A stretch of 64,000 nt of DNA from Takakia lepidozioides (Eukaryota > Plantae > Bryophyta). Below the pieces are notes generated by a model. That model saw nothing but the letters and a program-made list of their open reading frames with translations, was not told the DNA's origin and did not search any database. How positions within the stretch are numbered: the first letter of the stretch is position 1; each line of letters begins with the position of its first letter. Location of the stretch: positions 26,970,001 through 27,034,000 of the forward strand of contig CM060733.1 of assembly GCA_030704615.1 (NCBI GenBank), read 5' to 3'. A program made the translations under genes and the position numbers. Shown one piece after another: positions 12,301 through 25,567 of this stretch.

Positions 12301-14286
12301 TCTTGGAGTTGTATCCTGGCTGTTCATCACCAATTGCATTAAACAATTTCCGACAGTGTTTTTTTGTTATGGGTGTGGGGGGGAGAGAGTGAGACAGCAA
12401 TTAGCTGTATGACACTCGTCATTTGACAATTAGATGAATTTGTTCCCACTGGATACAGGGCCAGGCTGCTGCCACTTTACATGTCCAGAGCATCAAAGAT
12501 GTCCTCCTTCTAAACTGTATGTATACTTTTAGGTCCTGGTAAATCCTTGTTTTCCTTGGGCAGACTCGTGCATTGACTTCACTTTTGGCAAAGGGCTGTT
12601 TCAGCAATTATCTTGTCCTCTTTTGTCAGTTCTTGGGCTGTCCCATGGAGTTATTGCTTGTTTGCCTATGTGAGGCCAGTGTCAGTAACCAGGAGGTTTC
12701 TCTGTCAACTTTGGCATTCTTGTAGTCATTTCCTGCAGTAATTTACAGCTCTCAGCTCGGCTGTGTGGCTTGTCATGCAGTTCCATATGGAGTGATCTAT
12801 GGATGTGGGGACTTGATATTTTCTTCACATATGATATTCGCCCTTACTTTCTGTCACCATTATTCCAAATATGGCTCCAAAAGGCGAGTACAATCAGTTT
12901 AGATCACTGAGGAAAAGTAAGATGAGATAGGATGAGTAGAGATCTTGATTCCAGTTTGCCTCGTAATGAAGCCCTTGATTGGTTTTCCTAGAGTTCTTTG
13001 AATAAGTGTATTGTTGCCATAATCTCTTTGATTTCACAGGTTGTGTATGATTCTGTTATTTCAAGTTCTGTTAAACTTGAGAAGCACCGAATTGCACTGT
13101 TGGGCTTGGATACAATTTTAGCCGCATGTGGACTGATTCTGGGATGACTTGGGGATGTGAACAGGTGGATGAAGAGGGTCGCATGGATGGCAGCTGTAGC
13201 ACTCAGTTTCCTCATTGTCGCCTCACGCAAGCATTACACTGTGGATGTTGTAATAGCCTGGTGGGATTCTTTATTTGGTTCAGATTCCACAGTGATTGCA
13301 TAGTTGTATTATTTGTCCTTCCTTTGTCCTGGGGATCTGTAGAGTAGGCCACAAGAGTTCATTTCTTATAGTGTACATAAGCTGGAGATTTTACAGGCTG
13401 AAGCTCTGTTGGATTGGATGAAATGCTGATTGGACATTGAGGTTTGACATACCCTCTGTTGTGTGGGAACAGGTATGTGGTATTTTTGGTGTTCAACTAT
13501 GTGGATCGCTGTCTCTCTGAAACAGGTGGGTTTATAACCTTGCAGAGTTTCTTAGGTGATTTTACTGACTTGCTAGGAGATTTTGAAGCTCCTTTTCTTT
13601 TCAAACTGTTGACAACAGGTAAATTGAAAGGTTATGGCAGATGCTGTAGTCTTCGGACAGTAGTCCGATGGGGATGTTACCCTCCTGTGCTATTATTAGC
13701 ATGGAGATGCCATAGCTCTCGCTTTCAAATGGCATCCTATATGCAAGATTGAGTTGTGCTGTTTCAAGCAGGTTTTTCTTTTGTATGGCGGTAGGATGAT
13801 TTGAGAATTTGCTAAACATGTGCAGATACCATAGATCGAATGCCAGTTACAGCAGGGATAACTCTGCTCCCACTAAACGTGCGGGTAGGCAAGGAGAGTC
13901 GCAATGAGAAGATGTTGAATGGCAACTCAGGCGATGTGCCATCTGACTGGGTTAGTCCAGGCGCCTTTCCAAACCTTTTTTCATGATTGTCTGGGCTGCT
14001 GTAAAGAAAACATTGTTATTGGAAACAAGGACTTGTGGCTGGGGCTTGTGAGCAGAGTGGGAGAGAGGTTGAGTTTGCTGAACTTGTTCCCACTTGGACT
14101 TTCTATCCCACCCAGAATATCAGACTTCATCTGTGTTTTGGAGGGGTGGAGAGAGAAACACGGTCAGTTTGTTTGCACTGATGCTGAGATATATGTATGC
14201 AGAGACAACGAACACCTGTGAATGGCAAGCATCTGGATGACGCCAACTCCATCACAATGGAGGTGGTTGTAAATGGTAGTCGTTGA
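9302..14286 (+). CDS. IPCS: Phosphatidylinositol:ceramide inositolphosphotransferase (IPC synthase). Exons 9302-9334, 10202-10291, 10488-10574, 11114-11182, 11406-11486, 12054-12125, 12459-12516, 12781-12883, 13165-13260, 13473-13525, 13826-13950, 14203-14286
   Basis: Spliced product has [42 protein letters not shown] and [13 protein letters not shown] (catalytic H/H/D of the IPCS/SMS family). All phases are consistent; intron 8 needs a GC donor. Confidence 0.95.
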
Positions 14287-14834
14287 ACATTTGTACTAAT
14301 TCTGACATTTTTCCAGTACTAAACTTGCAGGCACTTGCTACAAGTGCTTCAGCTTATGGTCCAATACCTTGATCCACTCAAGTGATGTTTTTAATCCACA
14401 CTTTTCAAGGCTCTTGGTATCCATCCCACAGTGAGCAAGCCCTAGGGCTGCATTGCCAGGGTGAGGGACCACACATCGATAAAGTGGGCTTGGTGCACTT
14501 GTTTTGATAAGCAACATGCAACGCTTGGTGGTATGTCAATTACATATCTGCCTGTCTGCATCTGATTGGTGAACAAATCCACCGCCCCCGCCCCATTTGT
14601 AAATGCAAGGTTATTCTCGTGGCCTGGTCATGCTGTCTGTCCTGCAATACAAAGAAACAGCGACGAGGCTATTCTCCATCAAAATTGTTTAAACTTTGAT
14701 CTTACAATCTAACAATGGGGCTAGCTTGTACATTCTAAAGTGTGAGCAGGCAGGCATATTATGGGTATATATACATCCTCCACCTACTAGATTCTTGCTT
14801 AGTGTCAGTCCTCTTGTTCCCCTGTGTATGTGCA

Positions 14835-15210
14835 GGTTCGATCAGCATCACATTAGGATGGCACTTCCTGAACCAATGAACCAATCCATCCAGCTCGTGC
14901 CAGGCAGGTCATTCATAAAGGGTGTTTCTCTCCCATGGCAAATGTCGGCTAAGTTACCTCCCTTCTGAGCATAGAGAATGTTCTCGCATTGCCTGACCTC
15001 TTCATTTCTAAGTACCAATCAAATAGGGAACCTTCTTCCTCCTTTGACAGGATCAGGACCTCGCATTTTGGAGGATGTTTTCCCGCTCATCCAGTTCCGA
15101 ACTGAAGTCTGAGGAATCGCATACTTCTCACCAATTTTACTGTGGATGCTGCCCCCTTCTTGACTTCTATTGTTGCTTCCTTCATGCCTTTCTCTGTCCA
15201 GGCTCCGCTG
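14835..15210 (-). mobile_element. Degenerate pogo/Tc5 (CENP-B-type) transposase N-terminal fragment
   Basis: With frameshifts: WTEKGMKEATIEVKKG...KIGEKYAIPQTSVRNWMSGKTSSKMRGPDPV (HTH_psq-like), then WYLEMKRSG...ICHGRETPFMNDLPGTSWMDWF..RKCHPN (CENPB-type HTH). Confidence 0.75.
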
Positions 15211-15669
15211 TGCCCACTTCTGTTGCCTGCCCTCTTCGAATGGTCGATTTTTCACATGCAAAACCGTGCCAAAAACAACTCCGTGGCCTGTCTCCCTCTC
15301 TTTCGACTTTTTACTGTAAAAACAAAAAAACACAAGATGGTCCCAGAGAACAAAAAGCGACTCATTGTTCATTACTAACAATGGGAAAACGTAAAAACAG
15401 GTCTGTCTATATGCGACTAAAAGCTCCACTATTACAATGTCTTCCAAATCACCCACTTGACTGCTGTCTGTATAAGAAGGCTCTACAGCAACTAAGCTGG
15501 GTGAAGTTCCCAAGGACTTCGGAGCACAGCGAGATATTCAGCATATGTACTGAAACGTATAACCTCCAAAGAGGTAATGGAAGGTCATGGCCTCTCACGT
15601 TACCCATCGTCATTCACAGCTCAAATTGAAGGAATAGAGATGCAGTGGTGGGAGGTCCAGCGTGGATTG

Positions 15670-16995
15670 ATGGAGCAGGGTTCTAGCGAGCTGGATGTGT
15701 ATGCTCTACATCCGCTGTTCCACGAGGTGATCTAGGCGGCAGGCCACCATGGACATTGGTAACCCCTTCGTGCCTGCACTGTCTGTCTCACTGTTTCCAC
15801 TCAGCCTTTTTTGGGGGGGTATTGTGGTGGGTGGAGGTTTCCTTTGTGTGACGCTTTTCATTGTGAGTAAGCAGTGTCTGCACGCCGTAGAATTGCACAC
15901 GTCCAGGAGGTGCGCGTCCTTTTGATCTCTGGCACTGACTGGATTCTTGGTGTGTGGACCTTGTCGTGTTAAGTTTACTGGGTTGCATCAGTCAAGGAGG
16001 TTTAGCAGCGAAGTGGTCATGTTGGTAGGTGCAATAGGTCACGTCGCACATGGAAAATCATCAGTGGTCAAGGCGATCTCTGGTGTTCAGGTAAAGCTCC
16101 TCAGTGGCCCATCACTTTTGTTTTTATTTTTTGCATTGTTTGTGGGTACCTCATCCTTGTAGTTTATTGGCTATACTCAACATGTCTTGTGACTCTACAT
16201 GGATTTCAGTGTAGAAGATCGACATGGTGAGCCGTGCATCATAAAATAGCTCAAGTGCACGTAGTCCACCAAATTTGATTTGTTGGTACCGAGTAGGAGC
16301 TTCTCAATGTCTTTCAATATATGGGATTAGCCCTAGTCCTTCTATTGGAATTGAGCACTGCTTGCTTCTTCCAGAGCATGGAGTTTGTTGGGCAATATGA
16401 AATTGTGGTTGATATTTGCCCTTATTGCTTGGTCGTTTGGTTGCAGCAGAACGCAATTGCTGATGGGGTTCCTGTGGTCCCTCCCTCTGTGCGGCTCAAA
16501 TATACTGTGGATGTTGTGTGTGAATATACGATAAATAAGATCACCATTCTGGATGCGGTTTCATGGCACCTCAAAATATGATTGTCATTAGGTCATTTGC
16601 TGTCAACAACCTCAGCATGAGATCAAGGGCGGTATGGCTGGTGGCAGAATTTGCAGGTATGTCATCATATGTCTTAGTTGCTTTTGTGAGGTCTGACCAT
16701 CCACATGTTCCTCTTACTTGATACACGTATGATGGCAAGGGCTACAAGCATGTTAGTTCAGGTCACCAGATCAGAAATTAGTGTTAACCTGGTTTGGGGG
16801 CAAAGGGAAGTGTGGCAAAATCCCTTATTGAAGCGGTGGTGACAAATTTCTCATATTGGCTACCCCAAAGTTTGAGTTTGGGATTGATGGAATGCTTTCT
16901 TGGGGCAGGTCGTGTTGAGATGGGGAAATAGATTGAGATCCGGCCAGGAATAATTACAAGGATGAGATGAACAGTTATAAGAGTGTGCCTATTAA
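15670..16995 (+). pseudogene. EIF2G: eIF2 gamma subunit pseudogene: intron-containing, internally deleted, with stops and frameshifts
   Basis: Exon relics MEQGSSELDVYALHPLFHEVI*/RQATMDIG, GAIGHVAHGKSSVVKAISGVQ|gt, ADGVPVVPPSVRLKYTVDVVCEY...NMIVIRSFAVN...EIKGGMAGG|gt and IEIRPGII; intervening exons are missing. Confidence 0.9.
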
Positions 16996-19601
16996 AGTTA
17001 TCCATTAAGTCCCGCCCTGTTTGACCCTCTGATCCATCCCCACATGCGGCTTTGGTGGGCAGTTTGAGCCTATCCGTTAAGTCCAGTAAAATGGGCAGGA
17101 CTCGAGTAAACTGGGCACGAGAGAGGAACAAAGTGGCCTGGCCTTGTGCCAGTTATGATGGGAGCGTGGGCCCCGCGTCAGGCTCATCCACGTGTCTCAG
17201 CGTGGGGCGCCGCCCAGAGGAAGACGGGATCAAACACGTTTGGGCTGGTTTTTCCTGCTTTTTTGAGTTTGGCCCCCACTTTATCTCGCTTGTACTTTGT
17301 GGGCCCGCTTCCACCCTGTTCACCCTGTCTTTTGACCAAACTGGCCGAACTCACCGTGCCATATAAAGAAGGGCTGATGTAGACTGAAGCACACATAAAG
17401 AGAGAATTGAAGATCGTTCTGAGAGAGAGCAATCACAGAGATCTGTCCAAACTTGTGAGAGAAAGAGATACAGTGACAATGTGGACAGAAAGAGGTTGCT
17501 GGGCAACTGTGGCAATGGCAGGCAGAGTGGTAGATTATCATAGTGATGTTTTGCGATTGGACTTGTAGGAGCTGCCTTCTGGTGGGTGTCGGGTGTTGCG
17601 GAAAATTTGCCTTACTCCTTCTATATATCCTGGATTTTACTTAATATTGCATAGTGCATCTCCTCTGCCCCTCTTGCACAGATCTTAAGCTTGTGAGGCA
17701 CAGGGGGTTCCCTTCTGAGTGCAAGTGCTCCGCTTCTACCCGCCTTGCTATGACTCTAGTCTCTCTCCATGTCTCCCCCTTTCCTTTTGTTGTAACACGT
17801 CCAGTGGAGGGTTTCATGTGGCTTGAAACTGTCACCCTCATTTATGTAGGAACTGCAGCTTTGACAAGTTCAATTACATAGATCCCAACCTCTCATACCA
17901 GCTGGAATGTATCATGAACTTAGTCCAATGTCTACTCCTCCTTTGTATGAAGTGAGAGACGCGACCCTCTCGAAGAAATGATTTCATGTACACCATGCAT
18001 CTCCACCACAAAGGCAGGCAATTGAATTCACAATACCTGCAAAATTTTATGCAAAGAATTAGATGGGGCAGGGAATGCCACAAATGCGGAGGTGAAGGTC
18101 AGACATGAGAATAAATACTGTAGTTGAAACAGCACAGGAATGTGTGAATTTCATCCCCATTGCCACGTGCAATAAGACAAAAGTCATAATGCACCAATCT
18201 GCTGAAGGAATCATAGCTAACTGCAACTGTACTGTGCACTAAAATCCATTTTCGGGATATGTCCCAAGAGATTCTCAGCAAATGAAAATGACCCACAACA
18301 TAATACGAGCTGATTTCCACAGCAGTGTCGAGGGGAGTCCAGGAGGCTTGGACCTGCCTCAGGGTCCTCAAATGTTGGAAACTCAACCACTGGATGCAAT
18401 GCCGGGTTTGGATACATTTTGAGAAGCTGCAAAGAGGCATCTCGCTCCTCATTACTCGACAGATGGAGACAAGTAAATACACAAACATCTGCACATGAAA
18501 CTGCGCACACATACGATATTCTCATTCATGGCACGCATGAGTGGGCGATGATGGCAGAGCTCCAGACAAGCCCAGCAGCGTTGGCAGACACCCACGTCGG
18601 GCTCATCACTATCCTGGGCGCATGTCTACTCTCGAATTCGTTGTGCTCATCACTAAGTGATGAGTATGAGTATATGTAGGTACTTTATATGTACTTGACG
18701 CATGTCTACTCTCGCATTCGGGGTAATTTTGAGCTCACAGTTCGGTAGAGAGGCTTAGCAGATATGCATTCACCATCCGAACTCCACAGCCATTTGGGTT
18801 ACAACCCATCATTTTCCACACTTACCTCTTCTGCAGCTTGGTAGGCATGTGACGATTCAAACACGTTAACACCTGGGATCAATTTTCTTTGTATTTTGAA
18901 AGGGGGTAAAGAGGTTCCAAACAATGGAGGCAGTTTAACATTTGATGGTGTAACAATTAGGGAGGGAGGTCCCAAAGGGCAACCACGTCAGACGGCTTAT
19001 CGTGAGGGCCAAATTTAGGGTCAGTTGGGTGTGGGTAGATTGAATTGAATCACGTGCATGATACTCATCCTTTGCTTCTGTCTGCGGATTGTAAATGAGC
19101 TGCATGATGACTGCAGTCAGTTACAGCGTGTGGGTTTGTTTCTTTCTTCGTTCCTCTCCGCAGTTCCGGCAAGCTCCTTTCTATTTTGATCTCCCTTCTC
19201 TTACGAGCTGTCTCCAGAGACGTGATTTTATCTGCTCGTCTACAAACATGTGAAGGGTCATTCCACTAAATTTGCTCAGGCTGACTGTTGGTACAACTCT
19301 CCTGTACTTGATCGATCTTCCCTATATACAGATCATTCTTCAGGTTGCACTTCACCATGCTCGATTCTTCCTCGACTTGGCATTGACTTTCTCTAGCTAG
19401 TAGTGCATGTCTTCTATCTTCTTTCACTCTCATGCTCTCTGTCTGTATCTCTTCCCTGCGTATTATGGGTTCTACTTTCTGAGTAGTTGATCCAAGTTTG
19501 AACTGGTGACTTCTTGAAGTCTCAGTTGCACTCAGGTTCGTCCACAGTTACAAGCTAGTTTTTATGTCTGTTCCTCTCACTTCTTTCTCAGGTGTGCCGA
19601 A

Positions 19602-21820
19602 ATGAGTGTGAAAACTGTGAGTCGAGGCTCGGCTGTGACCAGGGGAGACAACGTTACGACCTACACTATACCCCATGAGGTCGACGATCATGCAGCTTAC
19701 AACATGGCCCGCACAAAATCGGGCGGGCGATGGGGGCCTTTCGCCACCTAGTACTGTTGTGTTCTCGTCCGTGCTTTCATCAGTCCGTGCTGGATTCCGA
19801 CCGCGAAGACTTCAAGTTTACTCTTCCACAGTGTGAATTAGCGAATGTGAAGAGCCTTGCAGTCAAAGAGACGGATTCTGAGGACTGGAGGTTAAGATTG
19901 GAGATGCAGGTGATCAGACTCAACTCGAATCTCCACAGAATGTTTTGCAACAAGGAGTTATGCCTCTATGAAGGTAGCCATCAGTTGGACAAGAGCTCTT
20001 CATGACAGCCTAGATCAGAGAGATAAGACTAGCGTAAGAGGGGTGCAGGTCAATGGCACCAGAATTGTAGTAATTTAGCTCTAACACAGTAACTGGCCAC
20101 TTACAAAACGATCCTGTTAGCAGGTTCTGAACACTTCAACATGATGTGAGTCCAGCTGGGGTATCATTCACACAATCTTTGAACTTGGGTCACATTACAT
20201 GACTGCAGTAATTTGTTAGAGCACATTGGGGAGGAGGAGTTAGATTTATGCAGTCCCAGAGCTTAGAGAGACCTTGCATCCAATTCACATCATTTAATTA
20301 TCTGGTAAGTCGAAGCTTCTGCGCTGAGTTCGTGTACATCATACTCCTGCAGTAATCGCACTTTGACCGCACTTTGACTGACACGGTGCTTGCGGCTTGC
20401 AGGCAGTGCTACGCCATCTTGAAGTGCGATGGCAGCTCTTCGGTGAAGCACTTTCGAAATTTGGGGACCTTGAGGCCATGCTCGCCGTTTGTACGGGTAT
20501 TCTTCTTGAATTCTAATTCTTTCCATGCGTGCATTGCCCTCTTCTGGAGCAAACTACACTGCACATGTCATGTCTGCTACATGATTAAAACAGTGTCCGA
20601 AAGTTAAGAATTGACAACCATGTTCTGGCCGCCCACGATAGGATGTGTACCAAGGATTCCCAGCTATCAGAAGAACTCCAGTCTCTCGTTGCCAAGAAGA
20701 TGGACATCAATGGATGTTACGATAGACAGAATCACTCAGCTATTGCCGTCGGCTATCTTGGGCTCAACACTCGATAGAGATGGAAACTGGGGGCAATTAC
20801 AGCCCAGTGACAGGGCCAAGGCAGAAGCCTCACTGGAGATTTTGCGCAGAAGTGGAGATACAGGGAATGAGCAGGGCTTGGGATGGTTAAGGGGCACACG
20901 GCTTTGCGTTTTGGAAGATGATACCTACACTCTTTGCGACCAAAAGGTAACAACAAATTCTTGACATCATCCGATGTGCATTCCTCTTAGGAATTCAAGC
21001 AGATTTGCCATTCTTTTTCCTCTCTCTGGGGTCGTCGTATTTGTTATATGACAAGTTTCTCTACATGTCCCGGCCCCTTAAGTGCACCACAAGCAGTTGG
21101 AGGACCTTCCCTTTATTTAGCAAAGAAGGTTGTGAATGCAAGAGAGAAATCCAATGTACTAGGTAGTGTACTCTTGTAATCATTGACTGGCGCTACCTTG
21201 CAAGGCATTCCTTGAGAATATCAAACCTTTGTGGTGGAGTTTTACCACCTCCATGTGATACTCAGCAGCAATTAGCCAATGCTCTCACATGGGAGTTCTG
21301 GTAATAAAAACTTTCAGAGACCCCAAGTTTTTTTCCAACACAAAGTTCATGTTTTATTGCATTCATATGTGGGTATGTTACATGGTGCTGAGGGGGGGAT
21401 TGTCTTCTGGGCCGCAGGGAGAAATTGTCGAGGAAGGCAAGCGAGTTGTGATATGGGAGCAACACAATGCAACATGGTACATCCAGGGATGTGTAACCTA
21501 TCCCTTCAACAGCTCACCCTAATAAAGATACTCGTTACAATTATCGCAGGGATATGAAGGTGGAAAAGAACCTTACATTTACGTTCAACAATGTGTAAGG
21601 TACTTTTGCCCCCACCTCGTACTTACATCTTTGCCATATAGAAGCTAAAACGTGTGGAGCGCCTGATCCTATACGCTCTACTCTCGAATAGGCTGCATTT
21701 TTCTTCACGACCAAAATGTCTTAAAATTGTGTCGAATTTACTGGGGAATTGAAGCTAGTCACTGTGTCCAGAAACTCGTTAGCTTGTTTGCTTCTTCTCC
21801 CTGCCTCCACTGTTGTTGAA
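19602..21820 (+). pseudogene. Multi-exon gene of unknown function, frameshifted. Exons about 19602-19909, 20403-20496, 20642-20946, 21266-21595, 21692-21820
   Basis: Phase-compatible GT-AG joins ...RLRLEMQ|AVLRHLEVRWQLFGEALSKFGDLEAMLAVCT-G|CVPRIP...LCDQK|QQLANAL; frameshifts or stops in exons 1, 4 and 5. Confidence 0.55.
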
Positions 21821-22109
21821 TGTAAATGTTTTCCATAAATGACTTAGAGGTGGGTTCCAGCAGTGTTTCAGGGATGTTCTTCTTTTTCCAGTCTCGTGTT
21901 TTTAAGAGCATAATGTGTTAGTTGCTTTAATATAATGGAGAGTTCACAACATCTCCTATGTCCAGCTGGTTCATTTGGACATACACATGACACACTCCTA
22001 GCTTGTTGATCCTCTTTGTAATAAGGGTTTACAATGTACATGAATCACGGTGTTGTTCACAATCCCCACTATTGCAAATTTCTCCTGTGCGTACAGCATT
22101 CTACTCAAA

Positions 22110-24171
22110 AGGATCAATTCAAAGTCTCTCCTGCCCACATTGACACTACACATCCGGACCCAAATCCATACTGTTTTGGCACACACCATCTCTCTTACAA
22201 GAGTCACTGTACTAGAGTTTCTCGGAAGCCTGTAGAAATCTGGTCCATTGGAGCTTGCAAATGCCTCCAGTTTGTCAAATGCCGCCCATCTGAAACAGCC
22301 CCATCTCAAAGTGAAGCACACACAAGTTCCGACAGAGCCTGGAACAGGGACCCAAAGCATGCATTCTGAAGAAACCACCACCCCTCTCCAGAAATAACTT
22401 CTCCAAACTCTTTTTCCCCTTGTTGCACGTCCATGCAATGGCTAATTGTTACATGCAAGGATATGGTGGTCCTATGGGACTGAGTCACAGTGTAGGTAAG
22501 TCAATAACTTGCATATCATGTCGCTGGTTTCCTGTGACTTCAAAAACTTCCTCTTAAATGCTGCTGATGTAGGCAAATTGGACTAATATTACGAGTAAAG
22601 GCAGCCCTTATTCCACCATTTCCTCAAACACCGGCAATCACTCCCCAAACAAATCAGTCACACCCGCTTGTGAGTTTGTGGTAGCCCCAGCAGGATATAA
22701 CTTGACAGCCTTCACCACCCCGCTCTCTTCTGCCCATCCACCCAGTGGTTTTCAATTTTGTGACTACCCTCCCTCTCCCTTCCCAGTGGATATAACAACT
22801 TTTCTTTCCTCGCCCCATTTATTAATGGGCAGCTCACACACAGCAGATTGAGGCTTGTGTGAAGGGCTCTCTACAGGAAATCCAGAACGACTGAATTAAT
22901 CACTACTGGAGAGAGCCCCTCACAAAGGTAGTTCTTGTTCCGCCCAAACTGGGCATGGGGTCTATGGCCACAAGGCTATGACAAACGATGTCTTAAGAGT
23001 ACGTTCTCTCCCCACCTTTGATCCACCATGAGGTATTGCCCTCACCAAGCAGGACAGGAACAGGGGGTCATAAGAGAGAGAATTCACATACATTCCATTT
23101 GCACTCATCAGCTCAGACCGAAAAAACCACTCTATGAAGACATATCCCTCGTCATCCTAGATAACACCATTTATCATAATTTCCTACCTCTCCATTAAAT
23201 TTTCCACATCTCTCATGAGGGCTTTGGGCAACTTGGTTCTCACACTTTACAGTCGAGACAAGAAGATGGCACAAGCTACCACCTTATGGAGAATAGGGAT
23301 TGCCCAAATTCTACCACCAGTGACGTGGAGACAGAACTCTTCCTCACTTGTAGGGCCAATGAAAGAAATGTTCCTTAATTCTGAGTCATTTGCAAAATGG
23401 TCAAGGTATTTTTAGTAGACCAACTTACTAGCTCCTTGGATTTCATCCCTGGTTGTGATATCTGGTCAATCAATGGCTCAAAAGTGCCCTCCGAAGGAAG
23501 AACCTTCAGGATGCGTTCCTGTATGAAAGTGCTGCGACCACACTTGTGACAGGAGGCTTCAACTTGGGCATAATAATGGCTCGCTTAAACACCCCTGCAC
23601 TGCACCACAAACACATAATTACTTCAGAGATCAACCCAGGCTGATGAGAAGAGGATTGTATCTACCACAGGGAGGTACAACATACAACACCAGAAAGCAT
23701 CCCATCTGATCACAAAAAATAAACCTCTCCGAGAGAAGTTTTTTGGAGGTCACCATTCACTTCCAAAGTTCACATTCCGGACTGTCATGTCCATAGCTTG
23801 TAACCTCCAGAAACACTTAAGCAAAACAAGTAACCATGTTATGCACTACTTGACTTGATGCTATAACACTGGCATGGCACTGGTAACTGCCAGCCACAGA
23901 CCTTCCTTTCATGTTTACCCAACCATCAACAAGAACTCACTAAAATTTACTGCAAAGGTAAGTTGAGATAGCACAAACAGAAAAGGGGCAATGGCCATGG
24001 GACATACCTGAGAGGTGCCACAGAGGCAAGACCATCACCATTGTGAAGGTGGAGATGCCAATGGTTGAGTACGGGTCATCCGTTGAATCTCACTGCATGT
24101 CCCAATGTCTGCATTCTGTTGGTTTGGTATTGTTGTCAGATTCACTGACATCACCGGAACCCTCCGTGCCT
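22110..24171 (-). pseudogene. PYR4: Dihydroorotase (PyrC-type, plant PYR4) pseudogene; central exons deleted
   Basis: Exon relics TQP-WHLHLHNGDGL (24008-24171), FKRAIIMPKLKPPVT (about 23430-23602), [41 protein letters not shown] (about 22592-22730) and [23 protein letters not shown]...[12 protein letters not shown] (about 22110-22290). Confidence 0.92.
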
Positions 24172-25567
24172 GCACACTGAGGATCTCCACACAATTGTTT
24201 GTGGTCTTTCATACCAACAAGTAACTGAAAATGATCGGTTCAAGAACAGGACCACATGCTTTGTTACCATAAGTAATGTGGATTATAACTTGTCCCAAAT
24301 CAGCCACAATGAAAACCCAGATATTAGTGAATATTTGTTGCTTTAATCATGCATGCTAGAAAGCTAGATGCTGATTCCAGCCATCAGCATTGCAGTAGCC
24401 CATTAGTCATCCCTCACCTGTGAACCCTGTGGCTGCGGTTGTTCTGGAAATAAAATGGCATGGGATGATGACATGAAGTCCTAACAAGAACACAAGGTAG
24501 GTGGAGTAGGTACAAAGCTCAGAAGACCCCATCTGTTGCCTGCATGCTGCATTCTTTCTTCTCCAAACTTGACAAGACGCAGGTATGCTTGAGTGGGCCT
24601 TGTGGGCCCTTGCGGACATTGACGCTGCACAATTTTTAAGCGAACCCGAAAATTGCTTGCTGTTAAGGCAGCAGCTTGTTCTGACTTCGGACCTTCCAGA
24701 TTGCTATTGAATGTAGCATCAGTGATGAAGAATATCACTGAAGCAGGATCTATTACTAAAGGATTAAATATCTTACCAGACATAAAGGCCCAATCCAGGA
24801 CCGGTAGGAGTGGCAGAGCTCTGCGGGGGAATGGATGGAACAGGTCCTTCCCGCTCGGTTGCCAATTGCCCTTCGTGCACGCTGAAGCTCCTTCTTGACA
24901 TCATGTAGCAATTGTAAGGCTTCTACTTAACGTTCAACGGCCTCGCTCTCTCGCCGTGGGCGTCGTGCACTCTCGTTCTCGCACATAGAGCTCCTCTACT
25001 TCCTCCTTAAGATGGACATCACTTTTCCAAAACACTTTCTCCTTCTGAGGATTTGCTTCCAATTCCTGACAACACCGGCACTTCACCCCTTCTACAACGG
25101 TCCTCTTCTTAGTGGGTACCTCCATGTCTTCTGCCTCTTGGATCAGCGGCGTGCTCAGCTTTCATGTCGTCCCTTTTACTTCAAACAACCTCCAGAGCCA
25201 GATTTTCGTTAGGTCTCAGTCAGCATTGTACGGAAACGTGCAAGATGCAAAATGCAGTCAAGCCCATCAAACATCACATGCCATCGTCATCGCATATTCC
25301 ATGAAAACTTACGCTCTGTGCACAACACCCCTTTCGTGACCATGTTATGTGTTGTATGTTATCACCCTTCAATTACCCACCGGCTTTGAGTATATATATC
25401 TTTTTAAGCAACTGGCTGACTGGAGATCTCTATTTTACAGTTGGGTGGGCTGTAATGGGTGACATCCAACATATTCCATGACCACTTACCTTGCACAGCC
25501 AATTTCTACAAACTGTGAAAATCATATGTACAAATTATCAAGCGTCACAGGGGAGGGTGAGAGGCTA

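Noticed and set aside
17850-18530. Exon-like minus-strand frames (LKMYPNPALHPVVEFPTFEDPE...)
   Set aside because: May be another decayed gene, but no recognisable homology or consistent splicing.
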